Below, piece by piece: positions 19,850 to 33,142 of a DNA stretch of 64,000 bases. Below the pieces are notes generated by a model. It was given only the letters and a program-made list of their open reading frames with translations. It searched no databases and was not told the DNA's origin. Within the stretch, counting starts at the first letter, position 1. Each line of letters opens with the position of its first letter. This DNA is from an uncultured Candidatus Binatia bacterium (GTDB lineage Bacteria; Desulfobacterota; Binatia; Bin18), in NCBI GenBank assembly GCA_965207575.1, contig OZ242288.1:2342241-2406240 (forward strand), in the 5' to 3' direction. Both the position numbers and the translations under genes were made by a program.

Positions 19850-20371
19850 ATGGACCGACAAACAAAGGAAGAAACGGTTAGCGATCTGCAGAATCGATTT
19901 GCCAGTGCGACTGCAGCAGTGGTGACCGAATATAAAGGGTTAACAGTCGAAGAGCTCAACGTGCTACGCCGCGAACTACGCGAAGTGTCCGGAGAATATC
20001 GCGTCGCAAAGAACACGCTGGTAGCGCTCGCCATTGATGGCACTCCGTACCTGTCCTTGAAGGAGATCCTTGCCGGTCAGAATGGCTTGGTCCTTGGATA
20101 TGGTGATGTTGTTGGACTCACAAAGGTTGTTGCCCGCTATGCCTCTGAAAACGAGAAGTTCACGATTAAGGGAGGAGTCACAGAGGGGCAATTCCTGGAG
20201 ACTGCGGGCATCGAGGAGTTAGCGACATTACCAAGTCGTGAGGCGCTCCAGAGGCAATTGCTAGGGGTACTTTCTCAACCTGCCGTCCGCCTTGTCGGAG
20301 CGTTGTCCGCTCCTGGTGGCCAACTCGCCCGATTACTGAATGAACGGATGTCCCAACTGAACTCAGACTAA
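19850..20371 (+). CDS. rplJ: 50S ribosomal protein L10
   Basis: 173 aa; L10 family; precedes rplL. Confidence 0.93.
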   Translation: MDRQTKEETVSDLQNRFASATAAVVTEYKGLTVEELNVLRRELREVSGEYRVAKNTLVALAIDGTPYLSLKEILAGQNGLVLGYGDVVGLTKVVARYASENEKFTIKGGVTEGQFLETAGIEELATLPSREALQRQLLGVLSQPAVRLVGALSAPGGQLARLLNERMSQLNSD

Positions 20372-20401
20372 CTGAAAATTGCTTTCCTGAAGGAGGAATG
20401 T

Positions 20402-20797
20402 ATGGCTCTGACAGAAGAGAAGATGGACGAACTCATTACCACGCTGTCTGACCTCACGATTCTTGAGGCTTCAGATCTGGTAAAGAAGCTCGAAGAAAAA
20501 TGGGGCGTCAGCGCGGCCGCCCCTGTTGTCGTTGCCGGAGACGGGGCGGCCGGGGGTGATGCTGAGCCTGCTGCGGCCGCGGAGAAGGATGAATTCAACG
20601 TCGTGCTGACGGGCCCTGGGGAGAAAAAGATCCAGGTTATTAAGGTCGTCCGTGAGTTGACCGGGCTTGGGCTCAAAGAAGCCAAAGAGCTTGTCGATAG
20701 CGCGCCCAAAGCGGTCAAAGAAGGCGCATCCAAGGCGGAAGCGGAAGAGGTCAAAAACAAGCTGGAAGAGGCTGGGGGGTCGGTCGAGTTGCAGTAG
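20402..20797 (+). CDS. rplL: 50S ribosomal protein L7/L12
   Basis: Ala/Gly-rich hinge followed by the conserved C-terminal domain [19 protein letters not shown]. Confidence 0.95.
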   Translation: MALTEEKMDELITTLSDLTILEASDLVKKLEEKWGVSAAAPVVVAGDGAAGGDAEPAAAAEKDEFNVVLTGPGEKKIQVIKVVRELTGLGLKEAKELVDSAPKAVKEGASKAEAEEVKNKLEEAGGSVELQ

Positions 20798-20821
20798 AAA
20801 TGGAGCGGTAGGAGGGCATGT

Positions 20822-23800
20822 ATGACTGATATGGCTGGTAAGTTAGCGCATAATTTCCGTATCCGACGGTCCTTTGGTCATATCGAAAAAATCGTCGAAT
20901 TCCCGCATCTGTTGGAAATTCAGCGCCACTCCTACGACGAATTTCTCCAACGGTTGCTGCCTGCTGACCAGAGGACTGATGCCGGACTCCAAGGGGTTTT
21001 TCGGTCCGTTTTCCCGATCAAAGACTTCAACGAGACGGCGTCTCTGGAGTTTGTGAATTATACGCTTGGCGAGCCGAAATACTCAGTCGAAGAGTGCCAC
21101 CAAAGAGGGATGACCTATGCCGCTCCCCTCAAAGTCACTATTCAACTCGTCCTGTGGGATGTTGATACAAGGAGCGGTGCGCGGACGATCAAAAACGTCA
21201 AAGAGCAGGAAGTCTATTTTGGCGAGGTCCCGTTAATGACCAATCATGGCACCTTTATGGTCAATGGGACTGAGCGGGTGATTGTGAGTCAACTCCACCG
21301 ATCCCCCGGAGCCTTCTTTGATCATGACAAAGGGAAGACGCATGCGAGTGGAAAATTACTCTACTCTGCGCGCGTCATTCCCTATCGTGGATCATGGATC
21401 GATTTTGAGTTTGACCCAAAAGATATTCTCTATGTCCGGATTGATCGCCGCCGCAAGTTTCACGCAACCGTGCTCTTGCGAGCGTTGGGGATGTCGACCG
21501 AGGAACTGCTGAATTATTTCTATCGCCGGGATACTATCTTTCTCAACGGTGCAGGGGAACAAACACCAACACAGGCTTTTCTGCCAGACCATCTCTTCGG
21601 TCTGCGGGCAACGCGGGATATTCGTAACCCTGAAACCGGTGATGTGTTGGTAAAGGAAGGTCGGAAGTTTACCCGTGGAGCACTGAGACAGTTAGAGGCG
21701 GCTGGTCTTGAGCAGATACCCATCTCGCCAGGGGAACTGCTTGGACGCGTGGCGGCCCACGATATCATCGATCCCGCGACCCAAGAAGTCCTCGTACGGT
21801 GTAATGAGGAGGTAACGCAGGAATATCTCGACCTCCTCATTGAGCGTGGCGTGTCCCGGTTTGAAGTCTTGTTTATTGACGATACGCATATAGGTTCATC
21901 GTTTCGCAATACACTCCTTCAAGACAAGACCGCCTCTCCGGCCGAGGCAATGATTGAGATCTATCGCCGTCTCCGCCCTGGCGATCCGCCGACCAACGAG
22001 GCGGCCACGTCATTTTTTCAGAACCTGTTCTTTAATCCTGAGCGTTACAATCTCTCCCGAGTGGGGCGTCTGAAGCTCAATCATAAGCTCGGACTCACCG
22101 CTCCGCTGGATCACGGGACCCTCCGTCATGAAGATATCTTAGAGACCGTTCGGCATCTCGTCGAACTCAAAAACGGTAATGGCGTTGTCGATGATATTGA
22201 CCACTTAGGAAATCGTCGTGTTCGCGCAGTCGGGGAGCTCGTCGAAAACCAGTTTCGTATTGGTTTAGTCCGAATGGAGCGGGCAGTAAAAGAGCGGATG
22301 AGTCTCCAGGATGTTGAGACTTTAATGCCGCAAGAATTGGTCAATTATAAGCCGGTTTCAGCGGCGCTTAAGGAGTTTTTCGGATCGAGCCAGCTCTCTC
22401 AGTTCATGGACCAAACGAATCCGCTGTCGGAGGTCACGCATAAACGACGACTTTCCGCGCTGGGACCCGGTGGGCTGACCCGGGAACGTGCCGGCTTTGA
22501 GGTGCGTGACGTTCACCCCACTCACTATGGTCGCGTCTGTCCGATTGAAACGCCGGAAGGGCCTAATATTGGGCTGATTTCGAGTCTTTCGACATATGCT
22601 CGGGTCAACGAGTTTGGGTTCATTGAGACGCCCTATCGGGCAGTAGAGAGTGGGCGAGTGACTGAGGATGTCCGCTATTTATCTGCGCTGGAGGAAGAGA
22701 GTCAGACCATCGCGCAAGCGAACGCGCCGGTTGATGCTACAGGTGCTTTTATCAATACGTTGGTTTCTGCTCGACTGGGTGGGGAGTTTGTGATGGTGCC
22801 TCCCGATCAGGTTCAGCTCATGGATGTCTCTCCGACGCAGTTGGTGAGTGTGGCCGCCGCACTGATCCCTTTCTTAGAGCATGATGATGCCAACCGGGCA
22901 TTGATGGGATCCAATATGCAGCGGCAGGCGGTACCCCTGCTACGGACGGAAGCTCCGCTTGTTGGCACTGGAATGGAGCAGGTCGTGGCGCGGGACTCTG
23001 GGGCTGCTCTTGTCGCTCAGCGCGACGGAATTGTCGAGAGTGTGGATTCCACTCGGGTCGTGATCAAAGCTGAATCGCAGACCACACAGGGAGACGTTGG
23101 TGTTGATATCTATAGCCTCACGAAATACCAGCGCTCTAACCAAAATACGTGTATTAACCAGCGCCCTATCGTTCAAATTGGTGATCGGGTTAAGGTGGGA
23201 GATGTTATCGCCGATGGCCCAGCCACAGAGATGGGAGAACTTGCGCTGGGGAGAAACGTCCTGGTGGCCTTTATGATCTGGGGGGGCTATAACTTTGAGG
23301 ATTCCATCCTGGTGAGTGAGCGACTCATCCGTGACGACGTCTTTACATCAGTCCATATCGAGGAATTTGAGTGTGTCGCCCGGGATACAAAACTCGGACC
23401 GGAGGAAATCACCCAAGATATTCCGAATGTTGGGGAAGAGGCACTCAAGGACCTTGACGAGAGTGGGATTGTCAGAATCGGTGCTGAAGTGCGGCCAGGT
23501 GATATTCTCGTGGGAAAAATCACGCCCAAAGGCGAAACGCAACTTTCTCCAGAAGAGAAACTGCTCCGAGCAATTTTTGGTGAAAAAGCCGGAGAGGTCC
23601 GTGATACCTCGCTCCGTGTTCCCCCTGGGGTTGAAGGCACGGTGATTGATGTCCGCGTGTTCTCACGGAAAGGCATCACCAAAGACGAGCGTAGCCAGGA
23701 CCTTGAAGAGGCTGAGGTTCAGCGGCTGCAACAAGACCGAGACGAGGAGATTCATATTATCCGAGACAGTACGCGTGGCAAGATCACGCAACTGTTGGTC

Positions 23801-24967
23801 GGGAAGACGGCAACGATGCGGGTCAGTGACGATGAGTCCCGACGCGTCGTGATCGCCAAAGGGCAGGCGATTACGGAAGAGCTTCTGGAGACGCTACCAG
23901 AGCAGTTGTGGCGTAGGGTTCGAGTAGGGGATGAGACGGTAGAGGAAGAGATACGGAAGACGGTGGATTCTCTTGCCGACCATATCGGCGCTATCCGTGA
24001 GGAATGCGAAAGAAAAATTGAGAGACTGAAGAGTGGAGACGAACTGCCCCCAGGGATTATCAAGATGGTGAAGGTCTTTATCGCCATAAAACGTCGCCTC
24101 CAGGTTGGTGACAAGATGGCTGGGAGACACGGGAACAAGGGGGTGCTGTCCCGGATTCTCCCCGAGGAAGACATGCCGTATCTTGAGGACGGGACTCCGG
24201 TCGATGTTGTCCTGAATCCCCTCGGCGTGCCCTCCCGTATGAATGTTGGGCAAATCCTGGAAACCCACCTCGGTTGGGCGGTGCAGTCGCTTGGTAAACA
24301 GGTGGGGAATGATGCGGAGGAAGAGGGGAAAGCCGTGACCGACAGTCTTCGTGCGCGGCTGAAGGACTTCGCTCGTTCAACGGAAGTTTCTCAGCTGATT
24401 GATGCGCTCCCAGAGGCCGAGGTCAAAGAGCTGGCCAGTCGCTCGAAACACGGCTCTCACGTTGCGACCCCGGTCTTTGACGGTGCCCTGGAGAAGGAAA
24501 TTTTCTCCTTACTTGAGCAGGCCGATCTGTTCAATCCCGTTACTGGTAAGGTAGACGGACAGACAAGGCTCTACGATGGGCGAACAGGGGAACCATTCAG
24601 CCAGCCGGTGACCGTTGGTGTGATGTATATTCTGAAACTGCATCATCTTGTTGAAGACAAGATTCATGCGCGTTCAACCGGGCCGTATTCTCTGGTGACG
24701 CAACAGCCTCTTGGTGGCAAAGCGCAATTTGGGGGACAACGGCTTGGCGAAATGGAAGTGTGGGCACTGGAAGCCTATGGGGCCGCGTACAGCCTGCAAG
24801 AGATGCTCACGGTCAAATCGGACGATGTTGCCGGTCGGACGCGGATGTATGAAGCGATTGTCAAAGGTGAAAATGTCCTGGAACCTGGTCTGCCCGAGTC
24901 ATTCAATGTGATGATTCGCGAGCTCCAGAGCCTGGCGCTCAATGTCGAGTTGCTTGAAGAAAATTAA
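20822..24967 (+). CDS. rpoB: DNA-directed RNA polymerase subunit beta
   Basis: 1381 aa; conserved beta-subunit blocks throughout. Confidence 0.97.
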   Translation: MTDMAGKLAHNFRIRRSFGHIEKIVEFPHLLEIQRHSYDEFLQRLLPADQRTDAGLQGVFRSVFPIKDFNETASLEFVNYTLGEPKYSVEECHQRGMTYAAPLKVTIQLVLWDVDTRSGARTIKNVKEQEVYFGEVPLMTNHGTFMVNGTERVIVSQLHRSPGAFFDHDKGKTHASGKLLYSARVIPYRGSWIDFEFDPKDILYVRIDRRRKFHATVLLRALGMSTEELLNYFYRRDTIFLNGAGEQTPTQAFLPDHLFGLRATRDIRNPETGDVLVKEGRKFTRGALRQLEAAGLEQIPISPGELLGRVAAHDIIDPATQEVLVRCNEEVTQEYLDLLIERGVSRFEVLFIDDTHIGSSFRNTLLQDKTASPAEAMIEIYRRLRPGDPPTNEAATSFFQNLFFNPERYNLSRVGRLKLNHKLGLTAPLDHGTLRHEDILETVRHLVELKNGNGVVDDIDHLGNRRVRAVGELVENQFRIGLVRMERAVKERMSLQDVETLMPQELVNYKPVSAALKEFFGSSQLSQFMDQTNPLSEVTHKRRLSALGPGGLTRERAGFEVRDVHPTHYGRVCPIETPEGPNIGLISSLSTYARVNEFGFIETPYRAVESGRVTEDVRYLSALEEESQTIAQANAPVDATGAFINTLVSARLGGEFVMVPPDQVQLMDVSPTQLVSVAAALIPFLEHDDANRALMGSNMQRQAVPLLRTEAPLVGTGMEQVVARDSGAALVAQRDGIVESVDSTRVVIKAESQTTQGDVGVDIYSLTKYQRSNQNTCINQRPIVQIGDRVKVGDVIADGPATEMGELALGRNVLVAFMIWGGYNFEDSILVSERLIRDDVFTSVHIEEFECVARDTKLGPEEITQDIPNVGEEALKDLDESGIVRIGAEVRPGDILVGKITPKGETQLSPEEKLLRAIFGEKAGEVRDTSLRVPPGVEGTVIDVRVFSRKGITKDERSQDLEEAEVQRLQQDRDEEIHIIRDSTRGKITQLLVGKTATMRVSDDESRRVVIAKGQAITEELLETLPEQLWRRVRVGDETVEEEIRKTVDSLADHIGAIREECERKIERLKSGDELPPGIIKMVKVFIAIKRRLQVGDKMAGRHGNKGVLSRILPEEDMPYLEDGTPVDVVLNPLGVPSRMNVGQILETHLGWAVQSLGKQVGNDAEEEGKAVTDSLRARLKDFARSTEVSQLIDALPEAEVKELASRSKHGSHVATPVFDGALEKEIFSLLEQADLFNPVTGKVDGQTRLYDGRTGEPFSQPVTVGVMYILKLHHLVEDKIHARSTGPYSLVTQQPLGGKAQFGGQRLGEMEVWALEAYGAAYSLQEMLTVKSDDVAGRTRMYEAIVKGENVLEPGLPESFNVMIRELQSLALNVELLEEN

Positions 24968-24987
24968 TAAGGTGAGGTGAGGACGAA

Positions 24988-27900
24988 ATGGAAGATTTTC
25001 TGGGTCTTTTTGAAAAACCCCAAAATCCGCTCCGTTTTAATGCCATTCAGGTCTCGTTGGCATCCAAAGAGATGGTTTGCTCTTGGTCCCATGGCGAGGT
25101 CAAGAAGCCTGAAACCATCAATTATCGCACGTTTAAGCCTGAGCGTGACGGGCTTTTTTGCGCAAAAATATTTGGACCGACCAAAGACTATGAGTGTAAT
25201 TGTGGCAAATACAAACGGATGCGCCACCGAGGCGTCGTCTGCGAGAAGTGCGGGGTTGAGGTCATCCAGTCGAAAGTCCGTCGTGAACGCATGGGCCATA
25301 TTGACCTTGCCAGCCCGGTGGCGCACATCTGGTTTTTGAAGAGCCTCCCCAGTCGGATCGGGACACTCATGGATATGACGCTCAAAGAACTTGAGCGCGT
25401 GCTGTACTTCGAGTCCTATATCGTTCTTGATCCGGGCGAAACGCCACTCAAGCAAAAAGAACTGCTGAGTGAAACCCAGTACCGGAAAGCCGTTGAGGAA
25501 TTTGGTCCGGGGAGCTTCCGAGCAGGGATGGGTGCGGAGGCGGTTCGCGAACTATTACAAGACTTTGACCTGGAACAGTTGGCACGAGAGCTCCGGGTTG
25601 AAATGGTCGAGACGTCGAGCGAAGCCCGACGGAAGAAAACCGCGAAACGTCTCAAGGTCGTCAATGCCTTTCGGCAGTCTGGCAACAGTCCGGAAGAGAT
25701 GATTCTGGAAGTCATCCCCGTCATTCCACCAGACCTCCGGCCCCTCGTCCCGCTCGATGGGGGGCGCTTTGCGACTTCAGATCTGAATGACCTGTATCGT
25801 CGAGTGATTAATCGCAACAACCGGCTCAAACGGCTCATGGAGCTGAGCGCCCCGGATATCATTATTCGAAACGAGAAGCGCATGCTTCAAGAGGCGGTCG
25901 ATGCCCTCTTTGATAACGGCCGTCGTGGCCGCCCGTTGACTGGCCCAAACAAACGTCCTCTCAAGTCTTTGTCCGACATGCTGAAAGGCAAAAGCGGACG
26001 TTTTCGCCAAAATCTCCTCGGAAAGCGCGTCGATTATTCAGGCCGTTCGGTCATTGTCGTCGGACCGGAATTACGCCTCCACCAATGCGGTCTGCCGAAG
26101 TATATGGCTTTGGAATTGTTCAAACCGTTCATCTACAACAAGCTTGAGGAACGAGGGTATACGACCACGATCAAGAGTGCCAAGAAGATGGTGGAGAAGG
26201 AACGGCCAGAAGTCTGGGACATCCTGGACGAGGTGATCAAGGAGCATCCGGTTTTGCTCAACCGCGCCCCAACCCTGCATCGGCTCGGCATCCAGGCCTT
26301 TGAACCCATCCTGATCGAAGGTAAAGCTATTCAACTGCACCCCCTCGTCTGTATGGCCTATAATGCCGACTTTGACGGCGACCAGATGGCCGTGCATGTC
26401 CCGCTGTCGGTTGAGGCCCAGGTTGAGGCTCGTAGCTTGATGATGTCAACCAATAATATTCTCTCACCTGCTCACGGCAAGGCGGTCATCGCCCCTACCC
26501 AAGACGTCGTCCTTGGATTGTATAACGCGACCCGCGAGCGCTCCGGTGCGCTCGGTGAGGGAAAAATTTTCAGTAGTCCGGGGGAGGTCCGGGTTGCCTA
26601 CGACCAAGGTAGGGTTGACTTGCAGGCGAAGATCACAGTGCGCCTAGATGGTGAACGGGTCGAAACAACGGTGGGTCGGATCTTGCTGGCGGAAATTGCA
26701 CCGCCAGAGATTCCTTTCTCGGATATTAACCGGGTGATGAAGAAAAAAGAACTCGGTGCCTTGATTGATGCTGCCTTTTTGCGGGCGGGCAACAAGGCCA
26801 CCGTGATCTTTGCGGACCGTTTGAAAGATCTTGGCTTCGAGTATGCCACTCGGGCGGGGATCTCAATCGGCATCAAGGACATGGTGATTCCGCAAGAAAA
26901 GGGCCATCTCTTGGACCAAGCGCAAAAGAGTCTGCAAGAGATTCAGGACCAATATACAAAAGGTCTGATTACAGACGGTGAGCGGCACAATAAGGTTGTT
27001 GATACCTGGGCCTCGGTCACCGATGAAGCGGCCAATGAGATGTTCAGGGGTCTCCAGGAAGACAAAGCTGGGTTTAGCCCCATCTATATGATGGCAGACT
27101 CTGGATCGCGCGGCAGTGCGCAGCAGATTCGCCAGCTCGCGGGTATGCGCGGTCTCATGGCAAAGCCATCGGGGGAAATCATCGAAACACCGATTACGGC
27201 TAACTTCCGTGAAGGACTCTCCGTGCTCCAATACTTTATCTCCACCCACGGGGCGCGGAAGGGGTTAGCTGATACCGCTCTCAAGACCGCGAATTCTGGT
27301 TATCTGACCCGACGGCTTGTTGATGTCGCTCAGGACTCGATCGTGAGCGAAGAGGACTGCGGTACGATTGATGGTATCGAGATGACTCCACTGGTTGAGG
27401 GCGGGGAAATCATAGAAAGCCTCGGGGAGCGTGTCTTGGGACGTGTTGCCCTCGATGATATTCGTGATCCTTTTACCCAAGAGGTTGTTGTTCGCGCAAA
27501 CGAAGAAATTGATGAAGACCGCGTCGTACGCATAGAAGAGGCCGGGATTGAGCGCGTATGGATACGGTCTGCGCTGACCTGTACGACTAGGCGAGGCATA
27601 TGTGCACGGTGCTATGGCCGTGACCTTGCCCGTGGGCGAATGGTGCATTTAGGTGAAGCGGTCGGCATTATTGCTGCGCAGTCGATTGGCGAGCCAGGCA
27701 CCCAACTGACAATGCGGACATTCCACATTGGTGGGACGGCCAGCCGGTTGGCCGAGCAGACGACGCTCACGGTTCGGCATGAGGGCGTACTCCGCTATAT
27801 CAATCTCAAGACCGTGGTCGACCGGGATGGGAATCTCGTTGTAATGAACCGCAACGGAGAGGTTGCTGTGACTGAAGTTCTCGAGCCAGGACGGGAGCGT

Positions 27901-29085
27901 GAAAGAGAACGGTATCAGATCGTCTATGGTGCAAAGCTGAAAAAGAAAGACGGGGCAAAGGTCAAAACCAACGATTTAATCGCGGAATGGGACCCCTACA
28001 CCGTCCCCATCCTGACTGAGGTCAGCGGTGAGGTGAAATTCGGTGATATCGACGACAGGACCATGCAAGAAAAGGTCGATGAGCGGACAGGTCTGTCCAC
28101 ACGGGTCATTATCGAATTCCGCGATCCAAATATGCGCCCACGAGTATCAATCAAAGATGACAGCGGTAAAACGGCGAAGCTGTCGAATGGATTGGACGCC
28201 CGCTATCTGCTGCCGGTTGGCTCCAATATCAATGTGAGCGCGAGCCAACGGGTTGAAGCAGGGGACGTGCTTGCAAAGATCCCACGAGAAACCACCAAAA
28301 CGAAAGATATTACTGGTGGTCTGCCTCGGGTTGCCGAGCTCTTTGAGGCGCGAAAGCCGAAAGAGTTCGCCGTTATCAGCGAAATTGAAGGGACGGTCTC
28401 TTTTGGGAAAGATACCAAAGGGAAAAGGAAGGTGTTGATTACCCCTGAAGTGGGCGAAGCGCGGGAGTACCTCATTCCTCGGGGAAAACATATCAGCGTA
28501 CGAGAAGGCGATTACGTCCGGCCGGGAGAGCCGCTGATGGATGGGTCCTCAAATCCGCATGACATCCTTGGTGTTCTCGGCGAGCGTGAACTCGCAAAGT
28601 CTCTGGTGGACGCGATTCAAGAAATCTATCGCCTCCAGGGGGTGCGTATCCATGATAAACATATCGAAGTGATTGTGAGACAAATGATGCGGCGTGTGCT
28701 TGTGACCGAGGTTGGAGATTCTGATTTCTTGGTTGGCGAGCAAGTCGAGAAGTGGCGCTTCCAAGAAGAGACAGAACGTGTGCTGGCTGATGGAGGCACC
28801 CCCCCAGAAGCGAAATCGCTCCTGATGGGAATTACAAAAGCGAGTCTCTCGACAGATAGTTTCATCTCAGCCGCTTCGTTCCAAGAAACGACTAAGGTAC
28901 TGACGGAAGCGGCTATTAATGGCAAGGTCGATCACCTGTTAGGGCTCAAAGAGAATGTCATCATGGGACGGCTCATTCCTGCCGGAACCGGCACTCCGAG
29001 TTATACGCAGCTCACTGCCGGAAGCCCGGAGGTTTTGCTCGAGGAAGAAGAACCCTTGCCCATTGCCCAAATACTCGAAGCATAG
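24988..29085 (+). CDS. rpoC: DNA-directed RNA polymerase subunit beta'
   Basis: 1365 aa; zinc-binding [23 protein letters not shown]; NADFDGD catalytic motif. Confidence 0.97.
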   Translation: MEDFLGLFEKPQNPLRFNAIQVSLASKEMVCSWSHGEVKKPETINYRTFKPERDGLFCAKIFGPTKDYECNCGKYKRMRHRGVVCEKCGVEVIQSKVRRERMGHIDLASPVAHIWFLKSLPSRIGTLMDMTLKELERVLYFESYIVLDPGETPLKQKELLSETQYRKAVEEFGPGSFRAGMGAEAVRELLQDFDLEQLARELRVEMVETSSEARRKKTAKRLKVVNAFRQSGNSPEEMILEVIPVIPPDLRPLVPLDGGRFATSDLNDLYRRVINRNNRLKRLMELSAPDIIIRNEKRMLQEAVDALFDNGRRGRPLTGPNKRPLKSLSDMLKGKSGRFRQNLLGKRVDYSGRSVIVVGPELRLHQCGLPKYMALELFKPFIYNKLEERGYTTTIKSAKKMVEKERPEVWDILDEVIKEHPVLLNRAPTLHRLGIQAFEPILIEGKAIQLHPLVCMAYNADFDGDQMAVHVPLSVEAQVEARSLMMSTNNILSPAHGKAVIAPTQDVVLGLYNATRERSGALGEGKIFSSPGEVRVAYDQGRVDLQAKITVRLDGERVETTVGRILLAEIAPPEIPFSDINRVMKKKELGALIDAAFLRAGNKATVIFADRLKDLGFEYATRAGISIGIKDMVIPQEKGHLLDQAQKSLQEIQDQYTKGLITDGERHNKVVDTWASVTDEAANEMFRGLQEDKAGFSPIYMMADSGSRGSAQQIRQLAGMRGLMAKPSGEIIETPITANFREGLSVLQYFISTHGARKGLADTALKTANSGYLTRRLVDVAQDSIVSEEDCGTIDGIEMTPLVEGGEIIESLGERVLGRVALDDIRDPFTQEVVVRANEEIDEDRVVRIEEAGIERVWIRSALTCTTRRGICARCYGRDLARGRMVHLGEAVGIIAAQSIGEPGTQLTMRTFHIGGTASRLAEQTTLTVRHEGVLRYINLKTVVDRDGNLVVMNRNGEVAVTEVLEPGRERERERYQIVYGAKLKKKDGAKVKTNDLIAEWDPYTVPILTEVSGEVKFGDIDDRTMQEKVDERTGLSTRVIIEFRDPNMRPRVSIKDDSGKTAKLSNGLDARYLLPVGSNINVSASQRVEAGDVLAKIPRETTKTKDITGGLPRVAELFEARKPKEFAVISEIEGTVSFGKDTKGKRKVLITPEVGEAREYLIPRGKHISVREGDYVRPGEPLMDGSSNPHDILGVLGERELAKSLVDAIQEIYRLQGVRIHDKHIEVIVRQMMRRVLVTEVGDSDFLVGEQVEKWRFQEETERVLADGGTPPEAKSLLMGITKASLSTDSFISAASFQETTKVLTEAAINGKVDHLLGLKENVIMGRLIPAGTGTPSYTQLTAGSPEVLLEEEEPLPIAQILEA

Positions 29086-29090
29086 AAAGA

Positions 29091-29140
29091 GGAAACGTGT
29101 CCAGCAGCAGCATGTGTTGGAGGACACGTTCCCTCTTTGA
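29091..29140 (+). terminator. Hairpin plus T-rich tract downstream of rpoC, a partial terminator/attenuator before rpsL
   Basis: GGAAACGTGTCC ... GGACACGTTCC inverted repeat followed by CTCTTTG. Confidence 0.45.
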
Positions 29141-29172
29141 GAACGGCCGGCCGAGAGTCGCAAGGAGGATGA

Positions 29173-29544
29173 ATGCCTACGGTTCAGCAACTCGTACGAA
29201 AAGGAAGAGTGCAACAACGCAGAAAATTGACCGCCCCAGCTTTGCAATCCTGTCCTCAACGGCGTGGAGTGTGTACTCGAGTCTATACGACGACTCCGAA
29301 AAAGCCGAACTCGGCCCTGAGAAAAGTCGCCCGTGTGCGACTGACCAACGGTATTGAGGTGACAGCGTATATCCCCGGCATCGGACACAATCTGCAGGAA
29401 CACTCCGTTGTGCTGATCCGTGGCGGTCGAGTCAAGGACTTACCCGGCGTCCGATACCATATTATCCGTGGTACACTTGACTCCATCGGTGTCCAGGAAC
29501 GAAAGCAGGGCCGATCAAAATACGGTGCAAAGAAGCCCAAGTGA
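29173..29544 (+). CDS. rpsL: 30S ribosomal protein S12
   Basis: [12 protein letters not shown]...[19 protein letters not shown]. Confidence 0.96.
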   Translation: MPTVQQLVRKGRVQQRRKLTAPALQSCPQRRGVCTRVYTTTPKKPNSALRKVARVRLTNGIEVTAYIPGIGHNLQEHSVVLIRGGRVKDLPGVRYHIIRGTLDSIGVQERKQGRSKYGAKKPK

Positions 29545-29559
29545 ACGAGAGGGAAGAGT

Positions 29560-30030
29560 ATGCCACGTAAGGGACCTGCCGCGCGACGTGAGATCCTACC
29601 GGACCCGAAATACCACGATACTAGTGTATCAAAATTCGCCAATATGATGATGCTCGACGGAGAAAAGGGAAAGGTCGAGAAGATCATATACGGAGCAATG
29701 GAACTGATCCAGCAGAGAACGGGAGAGGACGCGCTCGAGGTTTTTAAGCGTGCATTAGAAAATGTCAAACCTCTGGTTGAGGTCCGATCACGCCGAGTTG
29801 GTGGGGCGACCTACCAGGTGCCGGTTGAGGTACGCCAAGTCCGACGAAATTCTTTGGCCATGCGCTGGCTTGTCCAATCTTCCAGGCAACGCTCGGAGAA
29901 AAATATGGAAGAGAAGCTGGCCGGCGAACTCTTTGAGGCGTCCCAGAATCGAGGGGGCGCCGTGAAGAAACGTGAAGATACGCACCGTATGGCGGAAGCG
30001 AATAAAGCATTTGCCCATTATCGCTGGTAA
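29560..30030 (+). CDS. rpsG: 30S ribosomal protein S7
   Basis: 156 aa; S7 family. Confidence 0.95.
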   Translation: MPRKGPAARREILPDPKYHDTSVSKFANMMMLDGEKGKVEKIIYGAMELIQQRTGEDALEVFKRALENVKPLVEVRSRRVGGATYQVPVEVRQVRRNSLAMRWLVQSSRQRSEKNMEEKLAGELFEASQNRGGAVKKREDTHRMAEANKAFAHYRW

Positions 30031-30179
30031 TAGAGATACGATTACTCATCGAGTGGCGAAACGGAATTCTTTTTTATATTTCGACTACAGGTGAACACTA
30101 CCAGTGTCTCATGTGACCTGAAGAAAAGACGAGGGAAGAGCAGGGGGAAACGAGCCTAAATATCTACTGCTGTGGGCGG

Positions 30180-30207
30180 TTGACTCTTCTGAAATAGCAT
30201 TTAGAAT
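30180..30207 (+). promoter_or_regulatory. Strong sigma-70-type promoter for tuf copy 2 and the downstream S10 operon
   Basis: TTGACT-N16-TAGAAT read directly; about 135 nt upstream of the tuf ATG. Confidence 0.5.
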
Positions 30208-30319
30208 TGCGAACTTCAGAATAAAGGAGCGAACCGGGTTCTGGTATGCTCCTCCGAAGACGAGCTCCAACGATGAGGTGGTCGTACAGGCCCCCTCTAT
30301 TCGTAGTGGATATTTTTAT

Positions 30320-31527
30320 CGCATTACGCAGAAAGGGAGAGAGATGGCGAAGGAGCGGTTTGAGCGGACGAAGCCGCACATGAATGTGGGGACGATCGGG
30401 CATATTGACCATGGGAAGACGACGCTGACGGCGGCGATCACGAAAGTGTTGGCCGAGCGGGCGATGGCCGAGGCGGTGGCGTTTGACGAGATTGACAAAG
30501 CGCCGGAGGAGAAGGAGCGGGGGATCACGATCAACACGGCGCACGTGGAATATGAGACCGAGCAGCGGCACTATGCGCACGTGGACTGTCCGGGGCATGC
30601 GGACTATATCAAGAACATGATCACCGGGGCGGCGCAGATGGACGGCGCGATATTGGTCGTGGCAGCCTCGGACGGGCCGATGCCGCAGACGCGGGAGCAT
30701 ATTCTCTTGGCGCGGCAAGTGGGAGTGCCGGCGATCGTGGTGTTCATGAACAAGGTAGACATGGTGGATGACGAGGAGTTGTTGGATTTAGTCGAGTTAG
30801 AGATGCGGGAGTTACTATCGAAGTATGACTTTCCGGGCGATGAGACGCCGATCATTCGGGGGAGTGCGCTGCGGGCCCTGGAAGGGGAAGCCGACGGAGA
30901 AGCCCAGGTGTTGGAATTGATGGAAGCCGTAGACAGTTTTATTCCCGAGCCGGCGCGGGATGTGGACCAAGAGTTTTTGATGTCCGTCGAAGACGTGTTT
31001 ACGATTTCGGGGCGGGGGACAGTGGCGACGGGGCGCGTCGAGCGCGGGCGGATCAAAGTGGGGGAAGAGGTGGAGATTGTCGGGATACGGGAGACGCAGA
31101 AGACGACCGTGACGGGCGTTGAGATGTTCCGCAAGCTTTTAGATGAAGGAGTGGCGGGGGACAATGTGGGGTGTTTACTGCGGGGGATCAAGCGGGAGGA
31201 GATCGAGCGGGGGCAGGTGTTGGCCAAGCCGGGGAGTATCACGCCGCACACGAAGTATGAGGCCGAGGTGTATGTGTTGACGAAGGATGAGGGGGGGCGG
31301 CACACGCCGTTTTTCAATGGGTATCGGCCACAGTTTTACTTTCGGACGACAGATGTGACGGGGTCGGTGCTGTTACAGGAGGGGACGGAGATGGTGATGC
31401 CGGGGGACAACACACAGATGACGGTGGCGTTACTGACCCCGATTGCGATGGATGAGGGGTTACGGTTTGCGATTCGGGAGGGCGGCCGCACGGTGGGGGC
31501 TGGGGTCGTCACCAAAATCCTGGAGTA
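30320..31527 (+). repeat. Copy 2 of the approximately 1.2 kb near-identical dispersed repeat, the tuf gene-conversion tract
   Basis: Same as copy 1; stop codon is TAG here against TAA in copy 1. Confidence 0.8.
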
Positions 31528-31528
31528 G
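30344..31528 (+). CDS. tuf: Elongation factor Tu, copy 2 (tufA-like context after rpsL-rpsG, but no fusA upstream)
   Basis: Protein identical to copy 1; nucleotide identity extends from 24 bp upstream of the ATG to the second base of the stop codon. Confidence 0.97.
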   Translation: MAKERFERTKPHMNVGTIGHIDHGKTTLTAAITKVLAERAMAEAVAFDEIDKAPEEKERGITINTAHVEYETEQRHYAHVDCPGHADYIKNMITGAAQMDGAILVVAASDGPMPQTREHILLARQVGVPAIVVFMNKVDMVDDEELLDLVELEMRELLSKYDFPGDETPIIRGSALRALEGEADGEAQVLELMEAVDSFIPEPARDVDQEFLMSVEDVFTISGRGTVATGRVERGRIKVGEEVEIVGIRETQKTTVTGVEMFRKLLDEGVAGDNVGCLLRGIKREEIERGQVLAKPGSITPHTKYEAEVYVLTKDEGGRHTPFFNGYRPQFYFRTTDVTGSVLLQEGTEMVMPGDNTQMTVALLTPIAMDEGLRFAIREGGRTVGAGVVTKILE

Positions 31529-31534
31529 GGTCCT

Positions 31535-31855
31535 ATGACCACTATCATGAATGAAAAGATCCGTATCCGCCTCAAAGCCTATGACCACCGGGTACTTGAT
31601 CAATCAGTCAGAGAGATTGTCGAAACAGTCAGGCGGACCGGAGGGCGGGTCGCTGGTCCTATCCCGCTTCCGACGCGGATCGAACGGTTCACGGTAAACC
31701 GCTCACCCCATGTTGATAAAAAGTCGCGGGAACAGTTTGAGATACGAACCCACAAGCGTTTGCTTGACATCCTTGACCCAACTCAGCAAACCATTGATGC
31801 GCTCGGGAAACTGGAATTGGCCGCCGGAGTCGATGTCGAGATCAAGCTGGAGTAG
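31535..31855 (+). CDS. rpsJ: 30S ribosomal protein S10 (the start could instead be the internal ATG at 31547)
   Basis: [41 protein letters not shown]. Confidence 0.93.
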   Translation: MTTIMNEKIRIRLKAYDHRVLDQSVREIVETVRRTGGRVAGPIPLPTRIERFTVNRSPHVDKKSREQFEIRTHKRLLDILDPTQQTIDALGKLELAAGVDVEIKLE

Positions 31856-31869
31856 CGGGAGAGGGGACG

Positions 31870-32496
31870 ATGCAAGGGTTAATAGGAAAGAAGCTCGGCA
31901 TGACGCAGGTTTTTTCCGTCGAGGGAGACCTCGTTCCGGTTACGGTCATACAGGCTGGACCATGTACCGTTGTGCAAAAGAAAACTCAGCAGAGAGATGG
32001 TTATACTGCGCTCCAACTGGGATTTGGAAGTCAAAAACCACAACGTGTTTCTCAGCCTGTTCTAGGACATACGCAGAAGTCCGGTGCCGGTCCCTTCGCT
32101 GTCCTCCGCGAGTTTCGGATAGATGATATCGACGACTACGAGGTCGGCGGTGAAATTACAGTTGGACAAGTCTTCCAGTCTGGAGATCGGGTCAATGTTG
32201 TTGGTCGGACAAAAGGTCGGGGCTATACCGGAGTGATGAAACGACACGGCATGGGCGGATTCCCGAAGAGTCATGGAACACATGAATACTTCCGCCATGG
32301 TGGGGCTATCGGAAACCGCTCCTACCCTGGAAAAATTTTCAAAGGGAAGAGGATGGCAGGCCAGTACGGGAATGATCGGATGAAGGCGTTAAATCTGCAA
32401 GTAGTTGACGTCCAGCCGGATGAAAATCTGCTCTTCCTGTGCGGATCTATACCGGGTGCGAGAGGACAAGTTGTCCTCATCCATAAGCAAGGATAA
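31870..32496 (+). CDS. rplC: 50S ribosomal protein L3
   Basis: 208 aa; L3 family. Confidence 0.95.
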   Translation: MQGLIGKKLGMTQVFSVEGDLVPVTVIQAGPCTVVQKKTQQRDGYTALQLGFGSQKPQRVSQPVLGHTQKSGAGPFAVLREFRIDDIDDYEVGGEITVGQVFQSGDRVNVVGRTKGRGYTGVMKRHGMGGFPKSHGTHEYFRHGGAIGNRSYPGKIFKGKRMAGQYGNDRMKALNLQVVDVQPDENLLFLCGSIPGARGQVVLIHKQG

Positions 32497-32499
32497 CCA

Positions 32500-33141
32500 A
32501 TGGCAGCCCAGGAAACGTCTATTAGCGTTCTCTCTGCTCAACGCGAGAAGGTTGGAGAGATTGCTCTTCCCGCTGTGATCTCCGAGCAGCCGCAGCGGGA
32601 GCACCTCTTGTTCGAAACGGTGAGAATGCAGTTGGCCAATCGTCGCTCTGGGACGGCGGCAACAAAGACGCGGGCATATGTGCGTGGTGGAGGAAGAAAA
32701 CCGTGGCGACAAAAGGGAACCGGCCGGGCACGGGCAGGCAGTAACCGGTCCCCGGTGTGGGTTGGTGGGGCAACGGTGTTCGGTCCCCAGCCACGTTCGT
32801 ATGCGTACCGTATGCCGCGATCAGCCCGGAAGACTGCCCTGCGTGCCGCCCTCGCGCAGAAACTACGCCAAGACGAGGTGGTTGTCATCGACGCCATTCA
32901 GTTTGATGAGCCAAAAACAAAGCAGATGGTCACCCTGCTCGCGCAACTTGATATGGGCGATAGCGTTTTGCTTGTCTTGGCGGATGCAGACGTAAACGTG
33001 CAGAAATCTGCGCGCAATTTGCCCGGAGTAAAAGTCCTACTGAGTCAAGGGCTGAATGTATATGACCTGCTTCGCTACCGAAAGATATTAGTGACACAAG
33101 CGGCGATGCAACAGATCAGTGAGCGCCTAGGTGGGGAGTAA
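32500..33141 (+). CDS. rplD: 50S ribosomal protein L4
   Basis: 213 aa; L4 family. Confidence 0.93.
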   Translation: MAAQETSISVLSAQREKVGEIALPAVISEQPQREHLLFETVRMQLANRRSGTAATKTRAYVRGGGRKPWRQKGTGRARAGSNRSPVWVGGATVFGPQPRSYAYRMPRSARKTALRAALAQKLRQDEVVVIDAIQFDEPKTKQMVTLLAQLDMGDSVLLVLADADVNVQKSARNLPGVKVLLSQGLNVYDLLRYRKILVTQAAMQQISERLGGE

Positions 33142-33142
33142 T

